34,790 nt of DNA from a virus: UHGV virus genome UHGV-0385761. One strand, written 5' to 3'. The notes beneath the pieces were generated by a model. The model was given only the letters and a program-made list of their open reading frames with translations, did no database searches and had not been told where the DNA came from. Shown piece by piece: positions 14,778 to 23,788 of this stretch (its first letter is position 1; each line of letters opens with the position of its first letter). The position numbers and the translations under genes were made by a program.

Positions 14778-15283
14778 ACGTACTAGAGAAGATTTTAGAG
14801 GAAATTGAAGAACGTGTGAACATGGTTAAAAACATTCCAGTCAATGAAGATGATGATTTTCTGGATGGCGAGGAGTGTTATGAAGCCGGAAGAATACAAG
14901 GTCGGTATGAAGAGCTGGTATGGTGCAGAAATATGATTCGTTCCCACATGGATGAAGTTCAAAACTGTGGAGATTACAGCCGAAGAAAATGGTATCAAAA
15001 AGGATACGAGGACGGAAAGAAAGATAATGACTGGATTCCGGTAAGTGAGAAATTGCCGGAAGATGATGATATGAGATTCTATATGTGTATTGTCGAAAAT
15101 CACGAAGAGGATTTGCCGATGTTCTGCCAGTATGATAGAGAATATGGATTTGGATTTTGGCGTGATATTTACGATTCGGCAACCTTAGGATTTGTTGATA
15201 CGGAGTTTAGTACAAATGATGAATTGGGGTATGAAAAGGTTGTAGCATGGCAGCCACTTCCAGAACCATACAAGGAGAAATAA
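14774..15283 (+). CDS. DUF551-domain protein
   Basis: C-terminal WIPVSEKLPEDDD...VVAWQPLPEPYKE. ATGA overlap with the upstream ORF. Confidence 0.6.
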   Translation: MNVLEKILEEIEERVNMVKNIPVNEDDDFLDGEECYEAGRIQGRYEELVWCRNMIRSHMDEVQNCGDYSRRKWYQKGYEDGKKDNDWIPVSEKLPEDDDMRFYMCIVENHEEDLPMFCQYDREYGFGFWRDIYDSATLGFVDTEFSTNDELGYEKVVAWQPLPEPYKEK

Positions 15284-15284
15284 C

Positions 15285-15476
15285 ATGGACATTTTAATCA
15301 CAATCGCATTTTTGACCCTTTACTACATATTGGGACTGGGAACTGCGATTACTTTAAAGACAGGATTGGAAGAGGATGTAAAACTAGAAGGTGCGGATTA
15401 CCTGATGGCTGCGGGATTCCCGATACTGTTATTTGTGGTGTTTTTGGATTGGATTGTGCGAAAGATAGTGAGGTAG
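15285..15476 (+). CDS. Small membrane protein (2 predicted TM helices)
   Basis: Hydrophobic segments ILITIAFLTLYYILGLG and AAGFPILLFVVFLDWIV. Confidence 0.5.
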   Translation: MDILITIAFLTLYYILGLGTAITLKTGLEEDVKLEGADYLMAAGFPILLFVVFLDWIVRKIVR

Positions 15477-15480
15477 GAAG

Positions 15481-16029
15481 ATGAAAAAATTTAACTGGGA
15501 TGAATTTAAAAATGAATACGATAAGATTGCGGTGTACTGTAAGACTGAGGAGGAAGCGGTAGACTTTTGTAAGCAGATGCACGAACATGGAATGAAGCGG
15601 TGTAACGGAGAAAGTTATTTGAAAAATACAAATTATATGCGCAACGAAGGAACGTGTTATTACGGAAGCGGAGAATATTCGACTCGTGATTTTGCGGAAA
15701 AGTACAATTATAAAATCTTAGAATGGAGTGATTACATGGACAAAGAATTTACCAAGGCAGATCTGAGAGATGGGATGGTAGTTGAGCAAAGAAATGGTGA
15801 AATGTATCTTGTATTGGCCGGGATGGTAGTGAGAAGAGGCGGACGCAATCATATAGGCGGTTATGATGATGACTTGAAATGGGAAGGTTATACAGGAGGA
15901 GACATCGTTAAAGTCTATAGGATTACTCCGGAATCACTCAGACGCATAGAAGATGTGTTTATTAAAAGCAACCTTGAACTCATCTGGGAGCGCAAAGAAC
16001 CAAAGAAAATGACAGTGGAAGAAATGTGA
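15481..16029 (+). CDS. Hypothetical protein (182 aa)
   Basis: RBS AGGAAG precedes the ATG. No recognisable family. Confidence 0.6.
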   Translation: MKKFNWDEFKNEYDKIAVYCKTEEEAVDFCKQMHEHGMKRCNGESYLKNTNYMRNEGTCYYGSGEYSTRDFAEKYNYKILEWSDYMDKEFTKADLRDGMVVEQRNGEMYLVLAGMVVRRGGRNHIGGYDDDLKWEGYTGGDIVKVYRITPESLRRIEDVFIKSNLELIWERKEPKKMTVEEM

Positions 16030-16076
16030 CAGAAGTTGGAAGAGCTGACAGGAGAGAAAATTGAGGTGGTACAGGA

Positions 16077-16346
16077 ATGACAAGAGATACTATGAAGCGC
16101 AGAAAGGAGACAGCGGGAGTTATCCGAAAGATTGAAGCGTACACTATGGCAACGAAAAAGCCCTGTGAGACAGCTCTAAAGCAACAGGGGCATGAACCAT
16201 TTAAGTGCGACTTTAAAAGCGCACAGAGGCCGAATAAGGACGCTGTGGAGTACATAGCAGAGAAATACAACATAAAAGAGCGGATCCCGGGAGGTGATAG
16301 AGTTGGACAAGAAAACACTGAAAAAGTACAAACCAAACAAAGATAG
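16077..16346 (+). CDS. Hypothetical protein (89 aa)
   Basis: RBS GGAGGTGGTACAGGA. It overlaps the start of the late activator gene. Confidence 0.45.
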   Translation: MTRDTMKRRKETAGVIRKIEAYTMATKKPCETALKQQGHEPFKCDFKSAQRPNKDAVEYIAEKYNIKERIPGGDRVGQENTEKVQTKQR

Positions 16347-16731
16347 ACTTATCCGGATTGAGAACCAGATACAAGAACTCTGCGAACGGGAACCAACTGT
16401 TGTTATGGGGAAAGTAACTGGATCCAGCGCAGATTTTCCGTACACCGAAGTGAGAACATCTGTACAAATGTATGATCCTTACGAGGAAGAGAATATAAGA
16501 CGTCAGATCAGAAGAAAAGAAGCGGACAGGCTGCGGATTCTGAAAGAGCAAAAAGAAGTAGAGGACTACATAAATGGGATTGATGATCCGGAGATTAAGG
16601 AGATATTTGAGTTATCGTTTCTCGAGGGTAAGAAGCAGGATGAAGTTGCGGAGATAGTAAATATTGACAGAAGTTACGTGTCGAAAAAAATAAGTGACTA
16701 TCTTAAACTTTCACACTTTTCACAAAAATAA
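16300..16731 (+). CDS. Late-gene transcriptional activator, sigma-70 region-4-like (ArpU/RinA-type)
   Basis: C-terminal DPEIKEIFELSFLEGKKQDEVAEIVNIDRSYVSKKISDYLK HTH. It sits immediately upstream of the packaging genes. The start is uncertain (TTG 16300 after GGGAGG, or GTG 16294). Confidence 0.6.
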   Translation, partial: ELDKKTLKKYKPNKDRLIRIENQIQELCEREPTVVMGKVTGSSADFPYTEVRTSVQMYDPYEEENIRRQIRRKEADRLRILKEQKEVEDYINGIDDPEIKEIFELSFLEGKKQDEVAEIVNIDRSYVSKKISDYLKLSHFSQK

Positions 16732-16794
16732 TATGCTATAATTATTCTAGAACGATTGTATATTGTTCTAAAACAATCTTTCCAAACATTCGGA

Positions 16795-16837
16795 ACACCG
16801 CCGGACTTTCACCCTTTCTCGTCTGGCGGTGTTTTTA
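16795..16837 (+). terminator. Strong rho-independent terminator (ACACCGCCGGAC...GTCTGGCGGTGT followed by TTTTT)
   Basis: 14-bp stem with one G-U pair, a 14-nt loop and a T5 run, directly after the activator gene. Confidence 0.65.
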
Positions 16838-16838
16838 T

Positions 16839-16883
16839 GCCGTGGCAAATGTAGGGCAGACAGGTTCGACTCCTGTACACGGC
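16839..16883 (+). other. tRNA-like minihelix fragment: acceptor-like GCCGTGG...ACACGGC plus a perfect T-arm ACAGG-TTCGACT-CCTGT, with no D or anticodon arms
   Basis: The T-loop consensus TTCGANT sits in a 5-bp stem. The 6/7-bp acceptor pairing is only 16 nt away, too short for a full tRNA. Confidence 0.4.
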
Positions 16884-16956
16884 TTTGTGATGTAAGGTTT
16901 GCGGCTTACCAGCTGGGGGTTGCTGTAGGGAGTGCACACCGGCGTTACATCACAAA
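16884..16956. repeat. 12-bp perfect inverted repeat TTTGTGATGTAA / TTACATCACAAA enclosing a 49-nt GC-rich loop
   Basis: Read directly. It lies immediately 3' of the tRNA-like fragment. Confidence 0.55.
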
Positions 16957-17078
16957 TGGTACCAAAACGCAGATATCCGCAGATTTGCAAAACAAACAAA
17001 AATAGATTCAGCAATCTATATTTAGTGTCAGTACCTGAGTGCGGATAGGGTAAAGGATGTCAATAAAAGGCATCCTAC

Positions 17079-17151
17079 GGGTGTATAGCTCAGTAGGTAG
17101 AGCAATCGGCTGTTAACCGATGTGTCGCAGGTTCGAGTCCTGCTATACCCG
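17079..17151 (+). tRNA. tRNA-Asn (anticodon GTT), no encoded CCA
   Basis: GGGTGTA acceptor pairs with TATACCC (one G-U). D-arm GCTCAGTAGGTAGAGC, anticodon loop CTGTTAA, T-arm GCAGGTTCGAGTCCTGC. Confidence 0.85.
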
Positions 17152-17155
17152 TTGT

Positions 17156-17288
17156 GGACTACTGCAAGTTACTCCTTTTTTTATAAAATGATCACTCAAG
17201 ATTCCGAGAGATCATATAGATTTTGATTGTGTACTTGGTTATTTTGGTTTTGTTGCTGTTATAATTCTTTCATTTTGCAGTAGTCCTA
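17156..17288. repeat. 11-bp inverted repeat GGACTACTGCA (17156-17166) / TGCAGTAGTCC (17278-17288) bracketing the AT-rich region between the tRNA and terS
   Basis: Read directly. It is a candidate packaging (pac/cos) or regulatory element. Confidence 0.4.
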
Positions 17289-17344
17289 AATTCTTAGCAT
17301 CCAGAGATGGGTGCTTTTATTATGTTTTAAAGGTGGTGGGTCGG

Positions 17345-17812
17345 ATGGCAAAAGGTAAATATCAGGAATGGCTAGAGCCGGAAGGCTTGCTAAAGATAGA
17401 GGGATGGGCGAGAGATGGTCTGACAGACGAGCAGATAGCAAATAACATAGGGATATCGGTATCTTGCTTGAATAACTGGAAAAACAAGTATGTGGAGATT
17501 TTGGAGTCCCTAAAAAAGGGAAAAGAAGTTGTTGATCGTCAAGTTGAGAACGCTCTGCTAAAACGTGCGCTTGGATATGAGTACACGGAAACAACCAGGG
17601 AATACATACCGGAACTTGATGAAATGAAAACTACAAAAAAGGTCACAAAGCAAGTAGCACCGGACACGACAGCCCAGATCTTTTGGTTGAAGAACCGGAA
17701 ACCGGACAAATGGAGGGATAAGCAGGAATACGAGGACAGAACAGCAATTGAGAAGCTGGATGAAATCTTGAAAGGATTGCATGACAATGCAGCTAAGCAA
17801 AAAACAGAATGA
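17345..17812 (+). CDS. Terminase small subunit
   Basis: HTH-like LTDEQIANNIGISVSCLNNWKNKY. It sits immediately upstream of TerL. RBS AAAGGTGGTGGG. Confidence 0.8.
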   Translation: MAKGKYQEWLEPEGLLKIEGWARDGLTDEQIANNIGISVSCLNNWKNKYVEILESLKKGKEVVDRQVENALLKRALGYEYTETTREYIPELDEMKTTKKVTKQVAPDTTAQIFWLKNRKPDKWRDKQEYEDRTAIEKLDEILKGLHDNAAKQKTE

Positions 17813-19028
17813 ATACATCATAAACGCAACTCATAGATGGAATATCAAGTCCGGAGCGGTTCGTTCTGGAAAGTCCTTTGTAGACACTGCTTATATTGTC
17901 CCAAAAAGAATCAGAGATAGAGCTGGACTCCCCGGCTTGAATGTAATCATGGGTGTCTCCAAAGAATCCATAGAGCGAAACGTACTCCAACCGATGAGGG
18001 AAATCTATACCAGTGATCTAATCGGGAACATTAACAACCGGAATGTGGCAAGAGTATGCGGAGAGGATGTCTATTGTCTCGGAGCAGAAAAGGTCAGTCA
18101 GGTTGCGAAGATACAGGGAGCGTCCATTAAGTACTGTTACGGCGATGAGATAGCAAAATGGAACAAAGAGGTGTTCCAGATGCTTAAATCCCGTCTCGAT
18201 AAGACGTATTCCTGTTTTGATGGAGCTTGCAACCCGGAGAATCCGACACATTGGCTAAAAGAATTTCTCGACAATAAAAAATTAGATATCTATTTGCAGA
18301 GATACACGATTTTCGACAATCCGTTTCTGGCTCCAGATTTCGTGGAGAAGCTCTGCATCGAATATGACGGTACCGTTTATTATGACCGGTTGATTCTTGG
18401 TCTATGGAAACGAGCAGAGGGAGCGATTTACCGCAAATTTGCAGATCATCCGAAAGATTTTGTCAAAGAGCCGACTGCATCCGATCTGACAGAGATTGTC
18501 ATTGGCGTGGACTTTGGTGGTAATAAGTCTGGTCATTCTTTCGTGGCAAGAGGGTATGACCGAGACAATAATGTATACGGATTGAAGAGTATCCGATACA
18601 TGAATACGGACACGAAAAGGTTTAAAGAGGGAATTGATTCAAACATTCTGAATGATCTTCTTATTCAATTTGTTGATGAGGTGCAAGAAAAGTATGGAAA
18701 GGTTGATTTTATTTACTGGGATAACGCGGAGACTACGCTCGGCCAGAGTATACGGAATGCCATGATGAAAGCGCATCCGAATGTAATTGTGAGACCGGCT
18801 AAGAAAATTAGGATAAAAGACCGGATTGAGTGCGTCTTAAGGCTCATGGGAGCTGGGCGCTTTTTTATTACAGAGGATTGCGAAACATTATCGACAGCAT
18901 TACAAGAAGCGGTGTGGGATGAAAAAGCATTAAAAGACGATCGTCTGGATGACGGAAGTAGTGATATTGATACACTGGATGCATTTGAGTACACGATAGA
19001 ACGCGACATTAAAATGCTGACAGAGTGA
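17781..19028 (+). CDS. Terminase large subunit
   Basis: Walker A KSGAVRSGKSF, Walker B-like YGDEIA, and a C-terminal nuclease region. Confidence 0.9.
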   Translation: MTMQLSKKQNEYIINATHRWNIKSGAVRSGKSFVDTAYIVPKRIRDRAGLPGLNVIMGVSKESIERNVLQPMREIYTSDLIGNINNRNVARVCGEDVYCLGAEKVSQVAKIQGASIKYCYGDEIAKWNKEVFQMLKSRLDKTYSCFDGACNPENPTHWLKEFLDNKKLDIYLQRYTIFDNPFLAPDFVEKLCIEYDGTVYYDRLILGLWKRAEGAIYRKFADHPKDFVKEPTASDLTEIVIGVDFGGNKSGHSFVARGYDRDNNVYGLKSIRYMNTDTKRFKEGIDSNILNDLLIQFVDEVQEKYGKVDFIYWDNAETTLGQSIRNAMMKAHPNVIVRPAKKIRIKDRIECVLRLMGAGRFFITEDCETLSTALQEAVWDEKALKDDRLDDGSSDIDTLDAFEYTIERDIKMLTE

Positions 19029-19036
19029 GGTGCAAG

Positions 19037-20371
19037 ATGTTTAAGTTTATTAACAAGGTTATTACAGGAGTGTTTAACATGATAAGCAGAACCACGATGA
19101 AGCAGGTGTTGAGAGAATCTCCTGCAATTACAAGCACAATGGTGCAGAAAATAAATGAATGGAACAGCATGCTCTCTGGGAATGCAGACTGGTGCAAGGA
19201 TTATGTGAAGTCCCTGAGGATTGAACAGGGGATATGTAGAGAGTTTGCAGATGTTGTGCTGTCGGAAATGGAAATAAAAATATCGAACGATAAGCTCTTA
19301 AAACTGTTTGAGAAAACCACAGAGAGCCTGAATGAGAATCTACAGGACGGTCTTGGACTTGGTTCGTTCTGCCTAAAACCCCTTGGAAATGAACAGGCAG
19401 AGTTCGTGACAGCAGATAAGTTCATCCCGGTGAGCTTTGGAAATGATGAGAAGCCGAACGATATAGTCTTTCTGGACTTCCGAGCCATAGACGATGCAAA
19501 GTATTATGTTCGCCTGGAGCGGCACAGTATCAAAAACGGATTCCTCGAGATCACAAACGAAGCCTATTGCTCATCCACAAGATATGGATTTGACCGGAAA
19601 ATCTCTCTGGAAAGCTTAGAAGCATGGGCTGGACTGCCGGAACATGTAGCGTATCCGGGAGTTAAAGAGATGGATTTTGGGTACTACAGAAATCCGATAA
19701 AAAACAGGGTTGATGACACGCCATGCGGTGTGTCTATTTTTGATTCCGCAATCAATCTTATCGAAAGAGCTGACGTGCAGGGAGCAAGGATAGACTGGGA
19801 GTTTGAATCCGGAGAAAGAGCAATCCATGTGGATGCCACAGCTATCAAAAGAGAGCCGGATGGACGGAATGGAGTATCTAAGCTAAATAAGCGTTTGTAT
19901 GTCGGAATCGACAGCGAGGATGGATTTTACAAAGAGTTCTCGCCGGAATTCCGGGAAGAGAATCTAATAAACGGTCTGGATAACTACCTCAGACAGATCG
20001 AGCTTGTAGTTGGACTTGCATTCGGAGATTTAAGCAATCCGCAGAGCACCGACAAGACAGCTACGGAAGTAAAAGCATCCAAAAACCGGAAGTACAACCG
20101 AGTAAAGGCGATTCAAGATAATTTAAGGGACTGCTTAGAGGATTTTGTAAGAGGTATGGCGTTCCACGAGGGGATGCTTCATTCCGGATATGAGTTTATC
20201 TGCAGTTTTAAAGATTCGATCCTGACAGACGAAGAAACGGACAGACAACTGATGCTAAATGAGATAGCAGCCGGAATCAGATCACACTGGGAGTACAGGG
20301 TTCGATTCCTCGGGGAGGATGAAGAAACTGCAAAAGCGAATGTGCCGGATCAAGGTGGAGTAATGGAGTGA
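19037..20371 (+). CDS. Portal protein (SPP1 gp6-like)
   Basis: Size, position and conserved portal core. RBS GAGG 6 nt before ATG 19037. Confidence 0.85.
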   Translation: MFKFINKVITGVFNMISRTTMKQVLRESPAITSTMVQKINEWNSMLSGNADWCKDYVKSLRIEQGICREFADVVLSEMEIKISNDKLLKLFEKTTESLNENLQDGLGLGSFCLKPLGNEQAEFVTADKFIPVSFGNDEKPNDIVFLDFRAIDDAKYYVRLERHSIKNGFLEITNEAYCSSTRYGFDRKISLESLEAWAGLPEHVAYPGVKEMDFGYYRNPIKNRVDDTPCGVSIFDSAINLIERADVQGARIDWEFESGERAIHVDATAIKREPDGRNGVSKLNKRLYVGIDSEDGFYKEFSPEFREENLINGLDNYLRQIELVVGLAFGDLSNPQSTDKTATEVKASKNRKYNRVKAIQDNLRDCLEDFVRGMAFHEGMLHSGYEFICSFKDSILTDEETDRQLMLNEIAAGIRSHWEYRVRFLGEDEETAKANVPDQGGVME

Positions 20372-20377
20372 TAGGTA

Positions 20378-21535
20378 ATGGATAAGCCAGATGTCGAAAA
20401 AATGTCTCTCAGAATGGAATCTATCTGGATGGATGCTGAGAACCGGATCATACAGGATATCGTTCGCAGGATACGCAAGACTGGAAAGATCACATCCACT
20501 GCAGATTACCAGATTAACAGACTGGTAGAGATGGGGAAGAGCGCCGAAGAGGTGGAAAAAATCCTAAAAGATGCTCTGAAAGCTACGTACCCGGAGATGT
20601 TTAAACTTTATGACGATATAGCAGAGTGGCAGTACGTGCGAGATAAAAGCATATATGAGCAGGTTAATAGAGAATTTATACCAGCAGAGGAAAATGAACA
20701 GCTCAAGCAGGTGTCACAGGCTGTCAGAAAGCAGACACAGGACGAGTTGCATAACCTTGCAAGGTCTTATGGATTCTCGGTCTTAATGGGTAATCGTCGC
20801 GTATTTATGCCGTTTTCGGAGTATTACCAGCGATATGTCGATATGGCAATCGCAGACGTGATAAGCGGTGCCTTTGATTACAACACGGTCATCCGTAGAG
20901 TTGTCACACAGATGACGAACAGTGGGTTAAGAACCGTGGACTACGCTACAGGATACAGCAACAGAGTACATGTGGCAGTACGAAGAAGCGTATTGACTGG
21001 AGTATCGCAGATCACAGGAGAAATGAACAGGATCAATGCTGACAAGCTTGGCACGAATTATTACGAGGTAGACTGGCATCCAGGAGCCAGACCGGAACAC
21101 CGCAAGTGGCAAGGAAAAGTGTACAGCAAAGAAGAACTGGTGTCTGTATGCGGTCTTGGAACTGCTACTGGTCTACAAGGAGCTAACTGCTACCATGACT
21201 ATTACCCATTTGTAAAAGGTGCGTCTGAGCGGCAGTGGTCGGACGAATGGCTAAGAAAGCAGAATGCCATAGAAAGCAAGATAAAGCGGTGGCAAGGAAA
21301 AGAGCTGGATGTCTATGGAATCACACAGCAACAGCGAAGAATGGAAACCGCAATGAGAGCGCAGCGGTCTAAAATCGTGGCACTAAAGACTGCCAGAGCG
21401 GATGCGGATCAGATCTTAAACATGCGAGTGAAATACAGAGCACAGCTGTACGAGTACACCAAATTCTGCCGACAAATGGGCGTAGAGCAACAAAGAGAAC
21501 GGATATACATGGATATGTTAGGGAGAGTCGCATAG
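20378..21535 (+). CDS. Minor head protein, Phage_Mu_F / SPP1 gp7-like
   Basis: YYEVDWHPGARPEHRKWQGKVYS matches the Mu F-like head morphogenesis motif. Confidence 0.8.
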   Translation: MDKPDVEKMSLRMESIWMDAENRIIQDIVRRIRKTGKITSTADYQINRLVEMGKSAEEVEKILKDALKATYPEMFKLYDDIAEWQYVRDKSIYEQVNREFIPAEENEQLKQVSQAVRKQTQDELHNLARSYGFSVLMGNRRVFMPFSEYYQRYVDMAIADVISGAFDYNTVIRRVVTQMTNSGLRTVDYATGYSNRVHVAVRRSVLTGVSQITGEMNRINADKLGTNYYEVDWHPGARPEHRKWQGKVYSKEELVSVCGLGTATGLQGANCYHDYYPFVKGASERQWSDEWLRKQNAIESKIKRWQGKELDVYGITQQQRRMETAMRAQRSKIVALKTARADADQILNMRVKYRAQLYEYTKFCRQMGVEQQRERIYMDMLGRVA

Positions 21536-21637
21536 GCGGCTCTTTTATTTTGTCCTGCCAAATGACGAGAAACTGGGTACTTACTTGAGACATGTGGTGC
21601 GACCACGAGAAAAAGCGAAGCGAAAGGAAGATGAAGC

Positions 21638-22186
21638 ATGAAAAGAGAGTTTTTAGAAGAAATGGGATTGGAAAAAGAACAGATTGACAAGATTCTGGAT
21701 GCCAATTCCGCAGATGTCGGAAAAGCAAGAAGAGATTACGACAACATCAAATCTGAGCTTGATACGACAAAACAGCAGCTTGCAGACGCAAACACGGCTA
21801 TCGAGGGGTTCGGAGATTACGAAGAAATTAAAGGACAGGTGGCTGATTACAAGCAGAAGTATGAAGCATCAGAGGCGGAGAAAGTGCAGATCAAACAGGA
21901 TTATGAGTTTAATGGAAAACTTGAATCCGCAGCGAAAAAGCATGGTGCGAGAGCGTTAAAAGCAGTACTCCCGTTTCTGAAAACAGATGATCTAAAAGCG
22001 TCTAAAAATCAAGATACAGACATCGAGAACGCTTTTAAAGAGCTGAAAGAGAACGAAGAAAGCAAGTTTCTGTTTGCAGACGATGAACCAATTAAGAATC
22101 CGGTTCTTGGCGGCGGAGCAGAGAAACCGGGTGCTTTTGATGCGGTAGCAGCTGCTATGGGACTCACAGAAAAAGATTTTAAATGA
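21638..22186 (+). CDS. Scaffolding protein (Phage_GP20-like)
   Basis: N-terminal MKREFLEEMGLEKEQIDKIL. Coiled-coil and acidic composition. Confidence 0.7.
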   Translation: MKREFLEEMGLEKEQIDKILDANSADVGKARRDYDNIKSELDTTKQQLADANTAIEGFGDYEEIKGQVADYKQKYEASEAEKVQIKQDYEFNGKLESAAKKHGARALKAVLPFLKTDDLKASKNQDTDIENAFKELKENEESKFLFADDEPIKNPVLGGGAEKPGAFDAVAAAMGLTEKDFK

Positions 22187-22200
22187 TAAGGAGATAAGAT

Positions 22201-23058
22201 ATGGCAAATTCAATTACGCTTAGAAAACAGTATTCCACAATGCTCGACCTCGTGTACAAGAAAAGCTCACTCACATCCGTTTTGGATGGTCCGAGTGATC
22301 TGATCCGCGAGGGAGCAAACGCGAATGAGATTTTAATTCCAAAAATGTCCATGCAGGGACTTGCAAATTATGACAAGTCTGCTGGATATGTAAATGGTGA
22401 TGTAACTCTCGATTACGAGACTGTTAAATGTACCTATGACAGAGGACGTAAATTTAACGTTGATGCTATGGATAACATCGAGAGTGCTGGTGTTGCATTC
22501 GGACGTCTGGCTGGAGAATTTATCCGTACACAGGTAGTTCCAGAGCTGGACGCATGGAGATTTTCACAGTACGCACAGATTTCCGGTATTACAACTGCAA
22601 ACGGCGCACTTGCAGATGGCAAAGCCACTCTCGCAGCATTAAGAGCAGCGAGAAACGCGATCGAAGATGCAGAGGGAGATGTATCTACATGCTATCTGTT
22701 TATTAACCCGGCTCTTGTAGGCATGGTTGAAGATCTGGATACGACAGCATCTAAGAGAGCACTGGATGGATGGGCTGGCATTATTAGAGTTCCATCCGCA
22801 AGATTCTACACAAAAATCGATCTGACCGCAAACGGTGCCGGTGGTTTTGCGAAGAACGCACAGGGTAAAGCGATTAACTTTATGGCGATTGACAGAAACG
22901 CTGCTATCCAGTACCAGAAACACACTGTTCCGAAGATTATTTCTCCGGATCAGAACCAGTCTGCTGATGCTTATATGTACGCATACAGAACGGTTGGAAT
23001 GTGCGATGCATACGAAAACAAGCTGAAAGGAATCTACTGCCACCACGTGGGGGAATAA
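22201..23058 (+). CDS. Major capsid protein
   Basis: Position after the scaffold gene, size 285 aa, strong RBS AAGGAGAT. Confidence 0.7.
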   Translation: MANSITLRKQYSTMLDLVYKKSSLTSVLDGPSDLIREGANANEILIPKMSMQGLANYDKSAGYVNGDVTLDYETVKCTYDRGRKFNVDAMDNIESAGVAFGRLAGEFIRTQVVPELDAWRFSQYAQISGITTANGALADGKATLAALRAARNAIEDAEGDVSTCYLFINPALVGMVEDLDTTASKRALDGWAGIIRVPSARFYTKIDLTANGAGGFAKNAQGKAINFMAIDRNAAIQYQKHTVPKIISPDQNQSADAYMYAYRTVGMCDAYENKLKGIYCHHVGE

Positions 23059-23141
23059 TTCCCTCTGACGATGTAGCCTTAGTTGGCAGAGGGAAAGTCG
23101 GAAAGGCAAAAGTAGGTAAAGCGAAATAGGAGGTATGAGTT

Positions 23142-23402
23142 ATGGCATATACACCAACTACATGGAATGACGGCGACGTTATGACAGCAGAAAAAATGAA
23201 TAAGTTAGAGCAGGGCGTGAAGAATGAGCAGGTTGGACCAGCGGGACCAAGTTACACTCTTCCAGCAGCAAGCAAAACAACACTGGGCGGTGTGAAACAG
23301 GCTGCGTTTGTAGCAGAAGCGGCAGGAGAGAATGTGACAAAGGCGGAATTCAAAGCTCTTCTTGATGCATTAAAGGCAGCCGGACAGATGGCAAGAGAGT
23401 AA
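23142..23402 (+). CDS. Small head-associated protein (Ala-rich, 86 aa)
   Basis: RBS AGGAGGT. Position after the major capsid gene. Confidence 0.5.
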   Translation: MAYTPTTWNDGDVMTAEKMNKLEQGVKNEQVGPAGPSYTLPAASKTTLGGVKQAAFVAEAAGENVTKAEFKALLDALKAAGQMARE

Positions 23403-23413
23403 AAGGAGCACCT

Positions 23414-23788
23414 ATGTTAGTAGACTACAGTTACTACATTGAGGATTTCGGGGGAGAGAAAATCTCCTCTGAGTCCGATTTTAAAAGAATCAGAAATTTG
23501 GCAGAAACGCATCTTTGCAACTTTACGTTTAACAGAATTAAAAATGATGTAGAGAATGAGCATTTGATTAAATCGTGTATTTGTGAAATGTGCGATACAA
23601 TCTATGACATGACCTTAAAAGACGGCGGAAAAGTTAAAAAGTCCGAAAATACAGACGGGTACTCTGTGTCTTATGTAACAGAGCGTATTGACGGACAGGA
23701 CACAGAAAAAGCGCTTGAGAATAAGCTGTACCGGATTGCGAAAGTCTATCTCGGTAATACTGGCTTACTGTATCGCGGAGTATGCTAA
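23414..23788 (+). CDS. Head-tail connector/adaptor protein (putative)
   Basis: Position and size. RBS AAAGGAG. Confidence 0.5.
   Translation: MLVDYSYYIEDFGGEKISSESDFKRIRNLAETHLCNFTFNRIKNDVENEHLIKSCICEMCDTIYDMTLKDGGKVKKSENTDGYSVSYVTERIDGQDTEKALENKLYRIAKVYLGNTGLLYRGVC

Noticed and set aside
22639-23109. 156-aa minus-strand ORF over the capsid gene
   Set aside because: It is antisense to the major capsid gene and has no translation signals.
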